Source: an uncultured Gammaproteobacteria bacterium (GTDB lineage Bacteria > Patescibacteriota > Microgenomatia > Levybacterales > UBA12049). Taken from it: 64,000 nucleotides of DNA. Where the stretch lies: assembly GCA_964474445.1 (NCBI GenBank), contig CAYYSJ010000001.1, positions 78,530-142,529 on the forward strand. Direction: 5' to 3'. Within the stretch, counting starts at the first letter, position 1; the number at the start of each line of letters is the position of its first letter. The position numbers and the translations under genes were made by a program. Under the pieces are notes generated by a model. That model searched no databases. It saw only the letters and a list, made by a program, of their open reading frames with translations, and had not been told where the DNA came from. Below, piece after piece: positions 9,742 to 19,986 of this stretch.

Positions 9742-11475
9742 TCACTGCGCTCCAAATGTGAAAGCAAATACTTGTATGCCAGGTGTTTGGAATTCTAAAC
9801 GAAGAATATGTTCTGATACTTTCTCTTTTAGATCAATAAGGTTATATAGTCTATCAGTATCAACAGTTACTATTCCATTTTTGACATCATTTCCTGCATT
9901 TGCATCAGAAATATCTTTTCCATCGAGTAAGACTTTCACTGTCCCTGGCTGGTTCCCTGGTGGACGAAGAACTAAAAATACTTTTCCTGCAAAGAAATGA
10001 TAGACAAGGACTGAATTGTTTCCTGAAATAGCATTTTCATCCTGAATATTCCATGTCCCTCCAAAGCTAAATGAATGAAGTGTAGGATTTCCTAGTTCAA
10101 AGGTTTTACTGACAACCCCAGTGCTCCCTGTTGGATAGTAAAATTCCATTCGTTTTGCACCCACATATGTTTCTGGAGAAAGTCTGGTTGTTGGGGTAGT
10201 GTCTGGCATAGTATCAATGGATGTATTTACCTGTTTCCCTGCTTCTTTGAGTAATGCTTGAATAGCCATTTCTGTTTGGTCATATTCTCCTTCTCCAAAA
10301 TGAGTCCGTCTGATATTTCCTTGCGCATCAATAAGATATTCTGCAGGCCAATATTGATTAGAATAATTATTCCATGTTGCATAATTGTTATCCTGTGCAA
10401 CAGGATAGTGAATATTGTACATCTGTATTGCATTCAGCACATTCTGCGTTTCGTGTTCAAATGCAAATTCTGGTGTATGAACACCAATGACGATAAACCC
10501 TTTATCCTTGTATTTCTCATACCATGACGTGACATGAGGGAGTGTCCTAATACAGTTAATACAGGTATAGGTCCAGAAATCTACTAATACGACTTTTCCT
10601 TTGAGGTCGGAAATACTGAGTTGTTTATCTATATTTAACCATTTGGTAATGCCAACAAAATCAGGAGCTGGAAAATTTTGGTTAAAAAGTCCAGAACTAT
10701 CTGGAGTAGTTGTTTTTGGCATGTTTCCTTTTAACACATCAAGTTGTTTTTTCACTTCAGGGTTAGATTCAAATGCATTAAAGGAATTTGTAAATTGTGG
10801 AAACGTATTGAGAAGTTGTGCTTGCAGATAGGTATCATAATGTGTGTAGATCGCAAGAGCGGTTAAAAGCATCACAATCCCAAAAACCTGTTGGATTTTA
10901 CCCAGCTGGGAAGAAAGAAACCGGGTCTTTGAGAAAAGAACCTGTCCTACAAAAGCAAATAGAAATAACGGAATTCCAACACCTAAAATATATGCTCCTG
11001 TAATCGCAATAAGAGAAAGTGTTACTTGTCCTGTCGCAGCAAGTGTTGCAATAGCAGCAAGAATTGGTCCTGCACAAGGGCTCCATACAATTCCCAAAGA
11101 AAGTCCAGTAATAAAGCCAGCAGTGAAGTCATTGCTTGTTGTTCGTACCCCAAATAGTCCGGACAATCGGCTAATGAGTGCTTCTGTCACCTGGGAAAAC
11201 TGGGGAATAATCAAAGAAATTCCGAGCAAACCAATGACTACAACCGCAACCAGTCTTAAGATATTTGGATCCAAGTGAAATATTTTTACGATGCTTGAAA
11301 TAGCAAGGGTAAAAACGCCAAAGCTCAACATAATGCCAAGTGTAATCCCAAGAGGCCTTTGATGACTTTTTCCACTGACGCTGCTTGAAAAAATAATAGG
11401 AAGAATTGGCCAGATGCACGGCGCAAGTATCGTAACAAGACCTGATAAAAATGCAAAAAAAATCAAAAGTATCAT
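9742..11475 (-). CDS. dipZ: DipZ-like protein (CcdA/DsbD TM + thioredoxin + C-terminal beta-sandwich)
   Basis: APCIWP and WSPCAGP TM cysteines, DFWTYTCINC, GVHTPEF, YWPA, TPETY-like. Confidence 0.9.
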   Translation of the reverse strand: MILLIFFAFLSGLVTILAPCIWPILPIIFSSSVSGKSHQRPLGITLGIMLSFGVFTLAISSIVKIFHLDPNILRLVAVVVIGLLGISLIIPQFSQVTEALISRLSGLFGVRTTSNDFTAGFITGLSLGIVWSPCAGPILAAIATLAATGQVTLSLIAITGAYILGVGIPLFLFAFVGQVLFSKTRFLSSQLGKIQQVFGIVMLLTALAIYTHYDTYLQAQLLNTFPQFTNSFNAFESNPEVKKQLDVLKGNMPKTTTPDSSGLFNQNFPAPDFVGITKWLNIDKQLSISDLKGKVVLVDFWTYTCINCIRTLPHVTSWYEKYKDKGFIVIGVHTPEFAFEHETQNVLNAIQMYNIHYPVAQDNNYATWNNYSNQYWPAEYLIDAQGNIRRTHFGEGEYDQTEMAIQALLKEAGKQVNTSIDTMPDTTPTTRLSPETYVGAKRMEFYYPTGSTGVVSKTFELGNPTLHSFSFGGTWNIQDENAISGNNSVLVYHFFAGKVFLVLRPPGNQPGTVKVLLDGKDISDANAGNDVKNGIVTVDTDRLYNLIDLKEKVSEHILRLEFQTPGIQVFAFTFGAQ

Positions 11476-11530
11476 AGGTTAAGGTAATAAGTTCTGATGA
11501 GCCTCAGAAAGCAAGGCTCACCGCAAGTTA

Positions 11531-12019
11531 TTACTTTGCTACATGCCAGACTCCTCCGACACCATCACCTGTTGCATCACCTGGATTTTTATCACCCGTA
11601 TAATAGTACAAAGGATGATTATTCCATGTGTATTGTGTTGTGCCATCAGTTCGCGTGCTTGTTCCTAAGTGTGCTGAGAGTGTTGCTGGAACTGTCCCTG
11701 ACACCACAAATGGTGGCCATGCTTGTGCACAGTTACCATAGCAAGTACTTGCTGAGGTTGTATCTTTATCAAATATATACAACGTCATTCCTTTGGTATC
11801 TGTCAGGTTTGATTTTGCCATCATAACAGGACCGCCAGCCATCGTATTAGATGGGGTTGGTTTTTGGGCCATCATTTTGGCATCGTCTAATTGCTTTTGC
11901 ATAGCCATTTTGAAGGCTTCCATTTTCATCGTTGCTCGAGATCTTTCAAAATAAAATCCGCCTAAAGCACCAACAAGCAGAGCGACAATAACAAGGACAA
12001 CAACTGTTGTTTTATTCAT
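11531..12019 (-). CDS. COG4315-type membrane-anchored/secreted protein with Yx(FWY)xxD repeats
   Basis: GMTLYIFDKD, CYGNCAQAWPP, PLYYYTGD, GDGVGGVWH; strong SD GGAGGTGA upstream. Confidence 0.85.
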   Translation of the reverse strand: MNKTTVVVLVIVALLVGALGGFYFERSRATMKMEAFKMAMQKQLDDAKMMAQKPTPSNTMAGGPVMMAKSNLTDTKGMTLYIFDKDTTSASTCYGNCAQAWPPFVVSGTVPATLSAHLGTSTRTDGTTQYTWNNHPLYYYTGDKNPGDATGDGVGGVWHVAK

Positions 12020-12034
12020 TTTTTCACCTCCCCT

Positions 12035-12400
12035 CTAATGTCTAATATAGGCATAAACAAAACCAATAAATTTTGAGAGCAACATAACGCAAAGTGCAAT
12101 AACAAGCCATATATCAAGATTTCCTGAGAGTGTTTCAATGCATACACTAATAAAAAGCGTTGTAATTCCTGCAAAATAAGCAAAGCGTGTTGCAATAAAT
12201 TTATGGAGTTGTTCCCGTTCATCTCCACGTGTTTCTTTCCAGACAAAACCTGCAAGCGCTAAAAATAAAATAATCAGCAAAGGCAGCATAAAGGGATGCA
12301 TCAGGTGGGGCATAAAAATCGTCATGGGTTTTACATAGAAAAGGAGTACTCCAATGAGGAGAATAGAGATGATTATTTCACCGATAAAATTATTTTTCAT
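12035..12400 (-). CDS. Small 4-TM membrane protein (DUF2178-like)
   Basis: DERE..H...A.R.AY motif; coupled to XRE gene; start revised to MKNNF. Confidence 0.65.
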   Translation of the reverse strand: MKNNFIGEIIISILLIGVLLFYVKPMTIFMPHLMHPFMLPLLIILFLALAGFVWKETRGDEREQLHKFIATRFAYFAGITTLFISVCIETLSGNLDIWLVIALCVMLLSKFIGFVYAYIRH

Positions 12401-12602
12401 AAGTATAGGTAAAAATTTTTTCAACCGGTGTGTCAAAAAATTGTGCTATTTTTATTCCAAGCAGGAGTGATGGCATATAATTCCCTTTCTCAATTGCAAC
12501 AATTGTTTGTCGAGAAACACGTAATGCATTTGCCAACTCTTCTTGTGTGATTCCCTTTTGTTTGCGAAGATTCAGAACGGAATTGTGAAGTATTTCCTTC
12601 AT
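12390..12602 (-). CDS. XRE family HTH transcriptional regulator
   Basis: TQEELA..VSRQTI.AIEKG.Y.PSL.L..KIA..F; start revised to MKEILH. Confidence 0.9.
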   Translation of the reverse strand: MKEILHNSVLNLRKQKGITQEELANALRVSRQTIVAIEKGNYMPSLLLGIKIAQFFDTPVEKIFTYTYEK

Positions 12603-12641
12603 ACAGCATAGAGATATCTTAAGCGTAAAACACAAATACGT

Positions 12642-12665
12642 AAATGTCAAGTACACTTTACATTT
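12642..12665 (-). promoter_or_regulatory. Putative XRE operator overlapping -35 TTGACA
   Basis: AAATGTCAAGT-AC-ACTTTACATTT inverted repeat with one mismatch. Confidence 0.6.
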
Positions 12666-12986
12666 CAAATAAGTATCACTAAAGCAAAAAGAATATGCAT
12701 ATCCCCTACTCATAGATATTCTGCTTGATTCTTCCTAAAGTAATAGAAATAAAAATATGATATGGATTGATAGACGTAGAAGTACGTGTTAAGCCAACAT
12801 TAAGAAGCAGTTCAAGACGGTTTATTGCTCAAGGAGATACCCTTCATGAGTGGCCCATATATAAGCCTGGATTAGATGATGACCGGGATGAAATAGACCA
12901 CAAAAACAACTAAATCTCTCAGTGCTTTTCTTCTTTCTTTGGAAATATTTCACTACAATGAAAATTTTGGTATAATAGTGGTTATT

Positions 12987-13058
12987 GCGGGTTTAGCTCA
13001 GTGGTAGAGCATCTGCTTTCCAAGCAGAGTGTCGTGGGTTCGAGTCCCATAACCCGCT
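12987..13058 (+). tRNA. tRNA-Gly(TCC)
   Basis: GCGGGTT/AACCCGC acceptor, TCTGC-TTTCCAA-GCAGA; TGGTATAAT promoter just upstream. Confidence 0.96.
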
Positions 13059-13080
13059 CCCAACGTATATTAAGCTACAC

Positions 13081-13156
13081 GCTCCCATAGCTCAGTGGAT
13101 AGAGCATATCGGTTCTAACGATGTGGCCGGGGGTTCGAATCCCTCTGGGAGCGCCA
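13081..13156 (+). tRNA. tRNA-Arg(TCT)
   Basis: GCTCCCA/TGGGAGC-G-CCA, anticodon arm TATCG-GTTCTAA-CGATG, GGTTCGAATCC. Confidence 0.92.
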
Positions 13157-13364
13157 ACTGGTTTTTATTACCATTCGATTCCTCTTTTAGCTTGATAAAT
13201 TCAGCTAAATAATACTTCATTATTTAGGAGTATTTGATAGAAATTATTGGAAGGAAAGTAATGAAGGTTTAAAAACAAAAACCACTTATTTGATTTTCTC
13301 AATATCCTCATACACGATTTACACAATTTGTCTTTTGCACTATGAGAAACTAAAGAGCTTCTGT

Positions 13365-14804
13365 ATGAATTGGTTTATTTTGATTCTACTTAGCATGGCT
13401 CAGTTTATGGTCGTGCTTGATTTTTCTATAGTGAACGTTGCCCTTCCCACAATACAGCAAGAGCTTCACTTTTCTCAAGCAAATTTACAATGGATTGTTA
13501 CTGCATACGCTCTTACCTTTGGTGGATTGTTGCTTCTTGGAGGAGGACTTGCTGATTTATATGGAAGGAAACGGCTTTTTATTGTTGGTCTCCTGTTATT
13601 CAGCATTGTTTCATTTATTGGTGGAATTTCTCAGTCACAAATCATGCTTATTATTGCCCGTGGTGTACAAGGAATTGCAGCAGCTCTCATTATGCCATCT
13701 TCCATGGCGCTTATTACTTCTTTTTATACAGAACCCCATGCAAGACAGCGCGCATTATCAATTCTTGGGGCTGTTGGATCAAGCGGTTTTGCTTTAGGAG
13801 TACTTTTGGGTGGGTTACTTACTGTAACACTCGGATGGAGATGGGTACTGTTTGTTAATGTACCAATAGGAATTATAACAGCACTTCTTACATATCGATT
13901 TGTCCCTGAAACAATAAAGCAAAAGGCGCATATCGAACTAGATATTCCAGGGACACTTACAATAACATTGGGGCTTGCAACATTTATCTTTGCGATTACA
14001 ACAGGTGGAGAAGTTGGGTTTACCTCTCCCTTGGTACTCTTGTCTCTTGCTATTTCGGTTATCCTTTTAGGAAGTTTTGTATTTATTGAGCTAAAGAGTA
14101 AAAATCCGCTTGTTCCTTTTCATATTTTTACCCTACCCTCTGTCAGAGGTGCAAATATAAGTATGTTTTTATGGATGGGAGCATTTGGAACTGTGTTCCT
14201 TCTCCTTGCACAGTATTTACAAGATGTTCTGCACTATTCGGCTCTTGTAACAGGATTTATGTTTTTTCCAATGGGAGTCGTCACGTTTGTTATGTCAAGT
14301 TACTTTTCCTCAAAACTTATGGATAGATTTGGCACAAAGCCTGTTATTGTCAGTGGTTTTATTATCGCTGCAATCGGACTTCTTTTCCTGACATCTATTC
14401 CTGTTGATGGAACGTACTTACGAAATGTTCTTCCTGGCATGCTTCTTATTGCCCTTGGAGTGGGCGCAAGCTTTGTTGGCCTGTTAGTTGCTTCAGTTGC
14501 AGGTGTTCCACCGAATCAGCAAGGTCTTGCATCAGGCCTTATTAATACGTCAAGACAAATAGGAGCATCTGTCGGAATTGCAGCGCTTGTTGCTTTGGGA
14601 GATGCACAAACACGTGCAATCCATACCACACAAGCAGCTGCTTTTACTGATGGTATTCACTATGCGTTCCTTGGTGGATTTGTACTCGCAGTGATTAGTG
14701 TCTTGGCAAGCATTGTGTTTATAAAAGAAACAGAATGTAATGCAGCAGTAAAAAAAGTAGATACATCCCAACGAGTTGCTAATAGAGTTGTCTGTTTGCA
14801 ATAG
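13365..14804 (+). CDS. MFS DHA2 (EmrB/QacA) efflux transporter
   Basis: FMVVLDFSIVNVALP, GGLADLYGRKR, WRWVLFVNVP; start revised to MNWFIL. Confidence 0.92.
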   Translation: MNWFILILLSMAQFMVVLDFSIVNVALPTIQQELHFSQANLQWIVTAYALTFGGLLLLGGGLADLYGRKRLFIVGLLLFSIVSFIGGISQSQIMLIIARGVQGIAAALIMPSSMALITSFYTEPHARQRALSILGAVGSSGFALGVLLGGLLTVTLGWRWVLFVNVPIGIITALLTYRFVPETIKQKAHIELDIPGTLTITLGLATFIFAITTGGEVGFTSPLVLLSLAISVILLGSFVFIELKSKNPLVPFHIFTLPSVRGANISMFLWMGAFGTVFLLLAQYLQDVLHYSALVTGFMFFPMGVVTFVMSSYFSSKLMDRFGTKPVIVSGFIIAAIGLLFLTSIPVDGTYLRNVLPGMLLIALGVGASFVGLLVASVAGVPPNQQGLASGLINTSRQIGASVGIAALVALGDAQTRAIHTTQAAAFTDGIHYAFLGGFVLAVISVLASIVFIKETECNAAVKKVDTSQRVANRVVCLQ

Positions 14805-14810
14805 ATAACG

Positions 14811-15641
14811 CTATTTGAGAAAGTTAAGTAATTCTTTATTTATTTCCTCAGCATGGGTCCATGGAATACCATGTGATCCTCCTTTGAATACAACTAATTG
14901 ACTTCCCTTTACCGCCTCATGCATTCGTTTCCCTGTTGCTTCAAAAGGTAGAATTCTATCCGCATCCCCTTGAATGATTAACAAAGGAACAGTCATTTTG
15001 GGCAGGTCTTCTCGAAAATCAGTAAGCCACGTGGGAACACATGCGGCAGTTCCATATGCAGATGCCTCAACTGCAACATTCCAATTAGACCGAACAACTT
15101 CTTTGCTCACCAATTTATCCAACGTTTCATCCAGATTATAAAAATCTTTTAAAAAGCTTGTTTGATAAGCGGGACGATCTTTTTTAATTGCTTCGAGTAT
15201 GTTATCAAATACACTCTTGTCTACTCCTTCAGGGTTATCGTTTGTTTTTAATAGGAATGGTGGGATGGGAGAAATAACTACCGCTTTCTCAACTTTTTCT
15301 GACCCATAGGTACTTATATAGCGAGTTACTTCGCCTGTACCTATTGAATGACCAACTAATACAGCATTCCTCACATTGAGTTTCGTCATGATGGTATGAA
15401 GATCTGCAGCAAAGGTATCGTAATCATATCCTTTTGTTGGCTGACTCGATCTCCCAAAACCACGTCGATCATATGTAATGGTTCTAAAACCTGCCTTCAG
15501 GAGAGCTAAGACTTCTTTTTCCCATGCTGCACCACTTAAGGGAAAGCCGTGAATAAGAATCACAGGTTGGCCTTCACCATGATCTTCATAGTAAAGGTCT
15601 ATTGACTGGGAATTTTCTTCACCAACTGTAATATATCCCAT
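14811..15641 (-). CDS. Alpha/beta hydrolase, non-heme haloperoxidase/arylesterase type
   Basis: LYYEDHG.GQPV.LIHGFP, DRRGFG, GHSIG nucleophile, GDAD, SHG. Confidence 0.92.
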   Translation of the reverse strand: MGYITVGEENSQSIDLYYEDHGEGQPVILIHGFPLSGAAWEKEVLALLKAGFRTITYDRRGFGRSSQPTKGYDYDTFAADLHTIMTKLNVRNAVLVGHSIGTGEVTRYISTYGSEKVEKAVVISPIPPFLLKTNDNPEGVDKSVFDNILEAIKKDRPAYQTSFLKDFYNLDETLDKLVSKEVVRSNWNVAVEASAYGTAACVPTWLTDFREDLPKMTVPLLIIQGDADRILPFEATGKRMHEAVKGSQLVVFKGGSHGIPWTHAEEINKELLNFLK

Positions 15642-15778
15642 AACCCATCACATACACATAGTACTTTCTCAGTTGCAAAATAGACATGAATATCTAGTAG
15701 TAATCAGGTAACAGAAGGAAGCATTTTACCTGTTTCCTACAAACGTTTTCTTATCAAAATATATAGTATGGTTACGAC

Positions 15779-15985
15779 ATGGTAAAAAAATGTAGAGAAG
15801 GACTATGCCCGGGCCCACCTGAGTGCTTTTTAAAAGCATACTTGGAAAAGCCTGGTCCTACTCCACCGGGTTACGATGCAGACGATGTAAATGCTGCTCG
15901 TCGGATGAAAAAATGTGTTATCCGAGATAAATTAAAGGAACAATATCCTACCATTTTCGAAGAAGCTGACAGACTTAGATCGTAA
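15779..15985 (+). CDS. Small hypothetical protein with 4 Cys
   Basis: 68-aa ORF filling the intergenic gap; TATAGT upstream. Confidence 0.5.
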   Translation: MVKKCREGLCPGPPECFLKAYLEKPGPTPPGYDADDVNAARRMKKCVIRDKLKEQYPTIFEEADRLRS

Positions 15986-15991
15986 AACACG

Positions 15992-16348
15992 TTATTCTGG
16001 AGATTCAGTTGCCTCTGCGGCTATTTGTGATACCTTTAATTTATCTTTCAACTGAGCTGTGCGTTCCCACTGAGTTTGTATCTCATTATTTCTTTGTAGC
16101 ACTCTAGTAAAGGTATCTTTTGTATCTGCTTGAGAAGGAATTTCTCCTTGTATATTCTTTATAACACTCGCATTTGAACTTCCTGCTTTGGATAAAAACA
16201 CCATTCCAACAACAATACAAAGAAGAGATGGGAGTAAAAGAAGAGGAGTACCCCCAGTATCCAAGCTTTTAATGAAAAGATAGGCAAGATACAATCCTCC
16301 GACAGTAAGGATGAGCCCTAAAAAAGTTTTTAGTACTATTTGTATCAT
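15992..16348 (-). CDS. Hypothetical 2-TM membrane protein
   Basis: Two hydrophobic segments then helical tail. Confidence 0.65.
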   Translation of the reverse strand: MIQIVLKTFLGLILTVGGLYLAYLFIKSLDTGGTPLLLLPSLLCIVVGMVFLSKAGSSNASVIKNIQGEIPSQADTKDTFTRVLQRNNEIQTQWERTAQLKDKLKVSQIAAEATESPE

Positions 16349-16363
16349 AGCAAAGAAGAAAAT

Positions 16364-17320
16364 TTAAATGCTCTCTAACCAACTAAGCAAGTATTTTCCT
16401 GTTCGGCCGCCGGGCCTTAATCGATAGAGAAAATATCTATTATTTTGCGGGTGATCAATACCTGGAATGGTTGATGTTGCAGAGGTGAATCCTGTTTGCC
16501 TGACGATATCTACTGCCTGTTGGTCAAATGCTCCAAATGGGTATGCAAAAGAGATAACTGGTTTGCGAATAATGTCTTCCAGCATTTTTTTGCTTTGAGC
16601 TATTTCATATTGAGCAGTAACAAGCTTTTGCCCTTTCAACCATACATGATGGACTGTATGTGCTCCAATTTCAACTAATCCATCATTTGCAATTTCAACA
16701 AGCTGGGAAGTCAGCAAATGGTTCGATCTATTTAAAAATCCTGCAATAACATACTGTGTTGCTTTTGCATGATATTTTTTTAGGATTGGGTAAGCATCTG
16801 TATAAAAATCTCTATAGCCATCATCGAATGTCAAAACAATCGGTTTTGGAGGAAGTTGGGTTTTTCCATCAAGTGCATCCGTTAACTCTGCATGGGTCAT
16901 AAAAGTATATCCTGCTTCCTGCAGTGTTTTGACTTCTTGTTCGAGTGTATAAGGAGTTGTATTGAGAGCAATTCGTTTCGTATCTCCTTTATCTTGCACA
17001 TACTCTACATAGTGGTACATAAGAATTGGAATATGAACACTTTCTGGGAGTTTTATTCCTTGTACAGAACCTGATATATGTGCTCCAAGTACCTTATTTT
17101 GTTGATTTACCGTTTGTTGAACATCTGAAGGGATAGCATTTTGCTGGGTTTCCATCGCCTCCTCACCAGTAAGTGAGGAATCATATGAGTTATTCTTGTT
17201 GTATAAGAAAAATCCAACGTTTGCTACAGCTAAGAGAACAGCAAGACTAAATAAGAAAGTAAGTTTTTTCGTAAACAATGAGTGTTTTCTTTTCTTGTGA
17301 TTAGTTTTTTTCTTAGCCAT
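16364..17320 (-). CDS. Membrane-anchored polysaccharide deacetylase (CE4)
   Basis: PILMYH, LTFDDGY, HTVHH, FAYPFG. Confidence 0.92.
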   Translation of the reverse strand: MAKKKTNHKKRKHSLFTKKLTFLFSLAVLLAVANVGFFLYNKNNSYDSSLTGEEAMETQQNAIPSDVQQTVNQQNKVLGAHISGSVQGIKLPESVHIPILMYHYVEYVQDKGDTKRIALNTTPYTLEQEVKTLQEAGYTFMTHAELTDALDGKTQLPPKPIVLTFDDGYRDFYTDAYPILKKYHAKATQYVIAGFLNRSNHLLTSQLVEIANDGLVEIGAHTVHHVWLKGQKLVTAQYEIAQSKKMLEDIIRKPVISFAYPFGAFDQQAVDIVRQTGFTSATSTIPGIDHPQNNRYFLYRLRPGGRTGKYLLSWLESI

Positions 17321-17380
17321 ACATTATAGTATGAAGGAAATAAGAAAATAATCAAGAGTTTAGGACTTTTCAAAGGACTT

Positions 17381-19474
17381 CTAAAAAAGAAACAGTCTGA
17401 GTGCACGTAGTTTTTCTTTAATACTACCTTGTTTAAGAAACATAACTGCCAATTTTTCTCTGGAGGTCAAAAGACGAGAGAAAACATACAAAACAATACA
17501 CGCAATCAATGCATATAGCAGGAATAATCCATTGGTATGTGCATCTTTGTTCTGTGTACCCAAAACAGATTTCACGGTATCATGGGGAAGAACAGCTGGT
17601 GATGAAGGTTGACTTGTTGGGACAAACAGTGGAGCAAGCTGGAAATAGCTTGTGCTTGATGCACTCAGATTGGTATTCTGATTTCCTGTCGTTCCAGTAA
17701 CTGTTGCAACAGCTGAGTATGCTCCACTTGGTGCATTTTGGGACAGAACAATTCCTGTGGTGAGTTTTATACCTTTTCCTGCATCAATATCTCCCAAAGA
17801 AAATTCTGCACCTCCCATATTTTGTCCATCATGAAACAGAGTAAGTTGTAGGTGTGATCCATAGACTCTTCCTGTTCCAGAATTTTTTATTTTTACAAAA
17901 AATGTCACCGTATCCCCTGGTAATATATAGATGCCAACATTGTTTTTTTGTTCAATCCATAATTGTCCACCATCTTCTTTTGAACTTGACGTGTTAGAAG
18001 AGGAATTGTTTTGTTGCTGCGTTGGTTGTGGCGTAGAACTTGGTGATGGTGATGGCGTTGGTGTTGGGAAAAGGTTTGCTTGTCCAATATCTCCCCGTAC
18101 ATCCCCAAAAATATTAATAAACCCAAAGAATCCACGACTGTTTATAAAATCTGCATTAAGAAAATTTGTTATTGAAACAACAGAGTATGCATTACCTGTT
18201 GAGATATTTCCATTCCCTCCTTGAATTGTGTTATCTCCTGTATTTGCCTGGGAAGTAATACTGTTGGTAACAGTTGCATTATTTGTACTATGCTCAGCAA
18301 GTGAACACTCTGAACAAGGTAGTGAATTTTTTGCGTTGCTCTGCATTAGAGCAAAACTTTGTCCTCCTGTATGTGCAGAAAGATTTCCCCACCCGAGGAA
18401 TTTTCCGTTCCATGTACCAAATAGATTAATAAAGAGGTTGCCAAAGAATGCATTCCAAAATGTCGTATTTGTCACATTTGTTGTTTGGATAACACTTGTT
18501 GCATTTCCTGTTTTTATTGTTGCAGAATCTGTTGCAACAATACTGTTATTGCCTGTGTCTGTCGTGCTTATAATGGTGTTTGTCACGGATGCTGTATTTG
18601 TTGTTGCAATATCGGTCTTTGCGGAAGCAGAGCTATCCGGAGTATTTGCTATATTTGGAAGTAAAATATTGCCTGTCAGATTGCCATAAATATTGAGTGT
18701 TATTACGTGAATTGTTGAATCAATTAATGTGACATTTACGGTATTCATGAGGGACGTAACTGCATATGCATTTCCTGTATTAATGATAACCTGTCCACTT
18801 CCTGTTGCTGTATTACTTCCCGTATTTGCTGTTGTTGTCACTTGATTAGAAACAGCAGCAGTATTATTAATGTCTGCAACTTTTACGTTATACGTTGGGT
18901 TATTTGACGGGTCTTGGGAAATAATTTGTTTTGCAAGAGCAGTTGGATTGGAAAGATCAAGATTTCCTTGTTTATCGACAAACAAATTAATTGTTTGATA
19001 GACAACTTGAGAATTTACTGTCGTTGTATTAACGGTATTTGTCACAGACATTTCTGAGATACTCTTTCCTGTTTGTATTGTTGTGTCTGTAGGATTACTG
19101 GTTGGTGTTGGAGAAGCTGTCTTTGCAGAAGGAGTACTCTCTGATGCACTTTCTGTTGCTGATGGGGTGATTGTAATCGTATTTCCACCAGTATTTGCCT
19201 CTGATGTTGCGCTTGTTGTTGCTGTTGCACTGTTTGTTGCATTAATGGTCACCATTGGAGTAGGTGTTGGTGTATCAGAGATATTTTGTTTTTGTGTCTG
19301 GGTCGGGGATACACTTGAACTAGGACTGGGTGATGGTGTTGTACTTGGATCTGTTGTTGGAGTAGCTGTTACCGCTGAGGGCGTAGAGATTGGATTATCA
19401 GCAAAAACCTTCAGAGGCAATACGCTCTGAAATAAGAGGAAAATAATAATTACAATACTAAATATTTTTTTCAT
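17381..19474 (-). CDS. Large secreted, C-terminally membrane-anchored protein with four N/T/G-rich repeats and an Ig-like (DUF11-like) domain
   Basis: Signal peptide (..VFA), P/T/S linkers, four (A/T)(N/D)TGxN..IxTG(N/K) repeats, PGDTVTFFVKIKN.G, VLG motif, C-terminal TM; start revised to MKKIF. Confidence 0.8.
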   Translation of the reverse strand: MKKIFSIVIIIFLLFQSVLPLKVFADNPISTPSAVTATPTTDPSTTPSPSPSSSVSPTQTQKQNISDTPTPTPMVTINATNSATATTSATSEANTGGNTITITPSATESASESTPSAKTASPTPTSNPTDTTIQTGKSISEMSVTNTVNTTTVNSQVVYQTINLFVDKQGNLDLSNPTALAKQIISQDPSNNPTYNVKVADINNTAAVSNQVTTTANTGSNTATGSGQVIINTGNAYAVTSLMNTVNVTLIDSTIHVITLNIYGNLTGNILLPNIANTPDSSASAKTDIATTNTASVTNTIISTTDTGNNSIVATDSATIKTGNATSVIQTTNVTNTTFWNAFFGNLFINLFGTWNGKFLGWGNLSAHTGGQSFALMQSNAKNSLPCSECSLAEHSTNNATVTNSITSQANTGDNTIQGGNGNISTGNAYSVVSITNFLNADFINSRGFFGFINIFGDVRGDIGQANLFPTPTPSPSPSSTPQPTQQQNNSSSNTSSSKEDGGQLWIEQKNNVGIYILPGDTVTFFVKIKNSGTGRVYGSHLQLTLFHDGQNMGGAEFSLGDIDAGKGIKLTTGIVLSQNAPSGAYSAVATVTGTTGNQNTNLSASSTSYFQLAPLFVPTSQPSSPAVLPHDTVKSVLGTQNKDAHTNGLFLLYALIACIVLYVFSRLLTSREKLAVMFLKQGSIKEKLRALRLFLF

Positions 19475-19482
19475 TTTTATAC

Positions 19483-19510
19483 TAAGGGGAGAGATCACTC
19501 CCTCCCCTTA
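19483..19510 (-). other. GC-rich intergenic stem-loop
   Basis: TAAGGGGAG-N10-CTCCCCTTA; no downstream U-tract on the transcribed (minus) strand. Confidence 0.6.
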
Positions 19511-19527
19511 AAAAAAAGAGAAAGGTA

Positions 19528-19986
19528 TTAATTACCTTCTCCTAAATCTGTTGTTTTTACAACTGTTGTATTAACAACATTGGATACAACTGATTCTGCG
19601 CCTGCATTTCCTGTTTGCACAGAACCACCATCAACTTCTCCTGCATTAACTGTATTCTTTCCAGTTGAAGCAGAGATCCCAACTAAATTCAGGACTAATC
19701 CTGCATTGTTAACAGTTACATCACTGCCGAAGAAACTTTTTGAATCTACGGAAGTAGTGTTAAGAATGTTTTCAACTTGTGCAACTGATATTGCATTTCC
19801 CGTTGTTACAGAACCTCCGTCAACAAAATCTCCATTAAGAGAATTATTGCCTGTGTCTGAAGTGGTAAGAACACCATTTACGACAACTCCTAGATTAGAA
19901 ACATTTGTTTCTGCAAATGCTGGAACGATTGTTCCAAGTACGAGTGCTGCTGATGCTGCTGCGACTGCTAATTTTTTTACGATCAT
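19528..19986 (-). CDS. Small secreted protein made of two N/T/G-rich repeats (candidate fibre subunit)
   Basis: Signal peptide ending PAFA; repeats DTGNN..VDGGSVTTGNA..NILNTT and STGKN..VDGGSVQTGNA..NVVNTT; SD AAAGGAGGTGAA. Confidence 0.85.
   Translation of the reverse strand: MIVKKLAVAAASAALVLGTIVPAFAETNVSNLGVVVNGVLTTSDTGNNSLNGDFVDGGSVTTGNAISVAQVENILNTTSVDSKSFFGSDVTVNNAGLVLNLVGISASTGKNTVNAGEVDGGSVQTGNAGAESVVSNVVNTTVVKTTDLGEGN

Noticed and set aside
14811-15641. Halogenation pathway from the non-heme haloperoxidase
   Set aside because: Common esterase/perhydrolase family with no biosynthetic context
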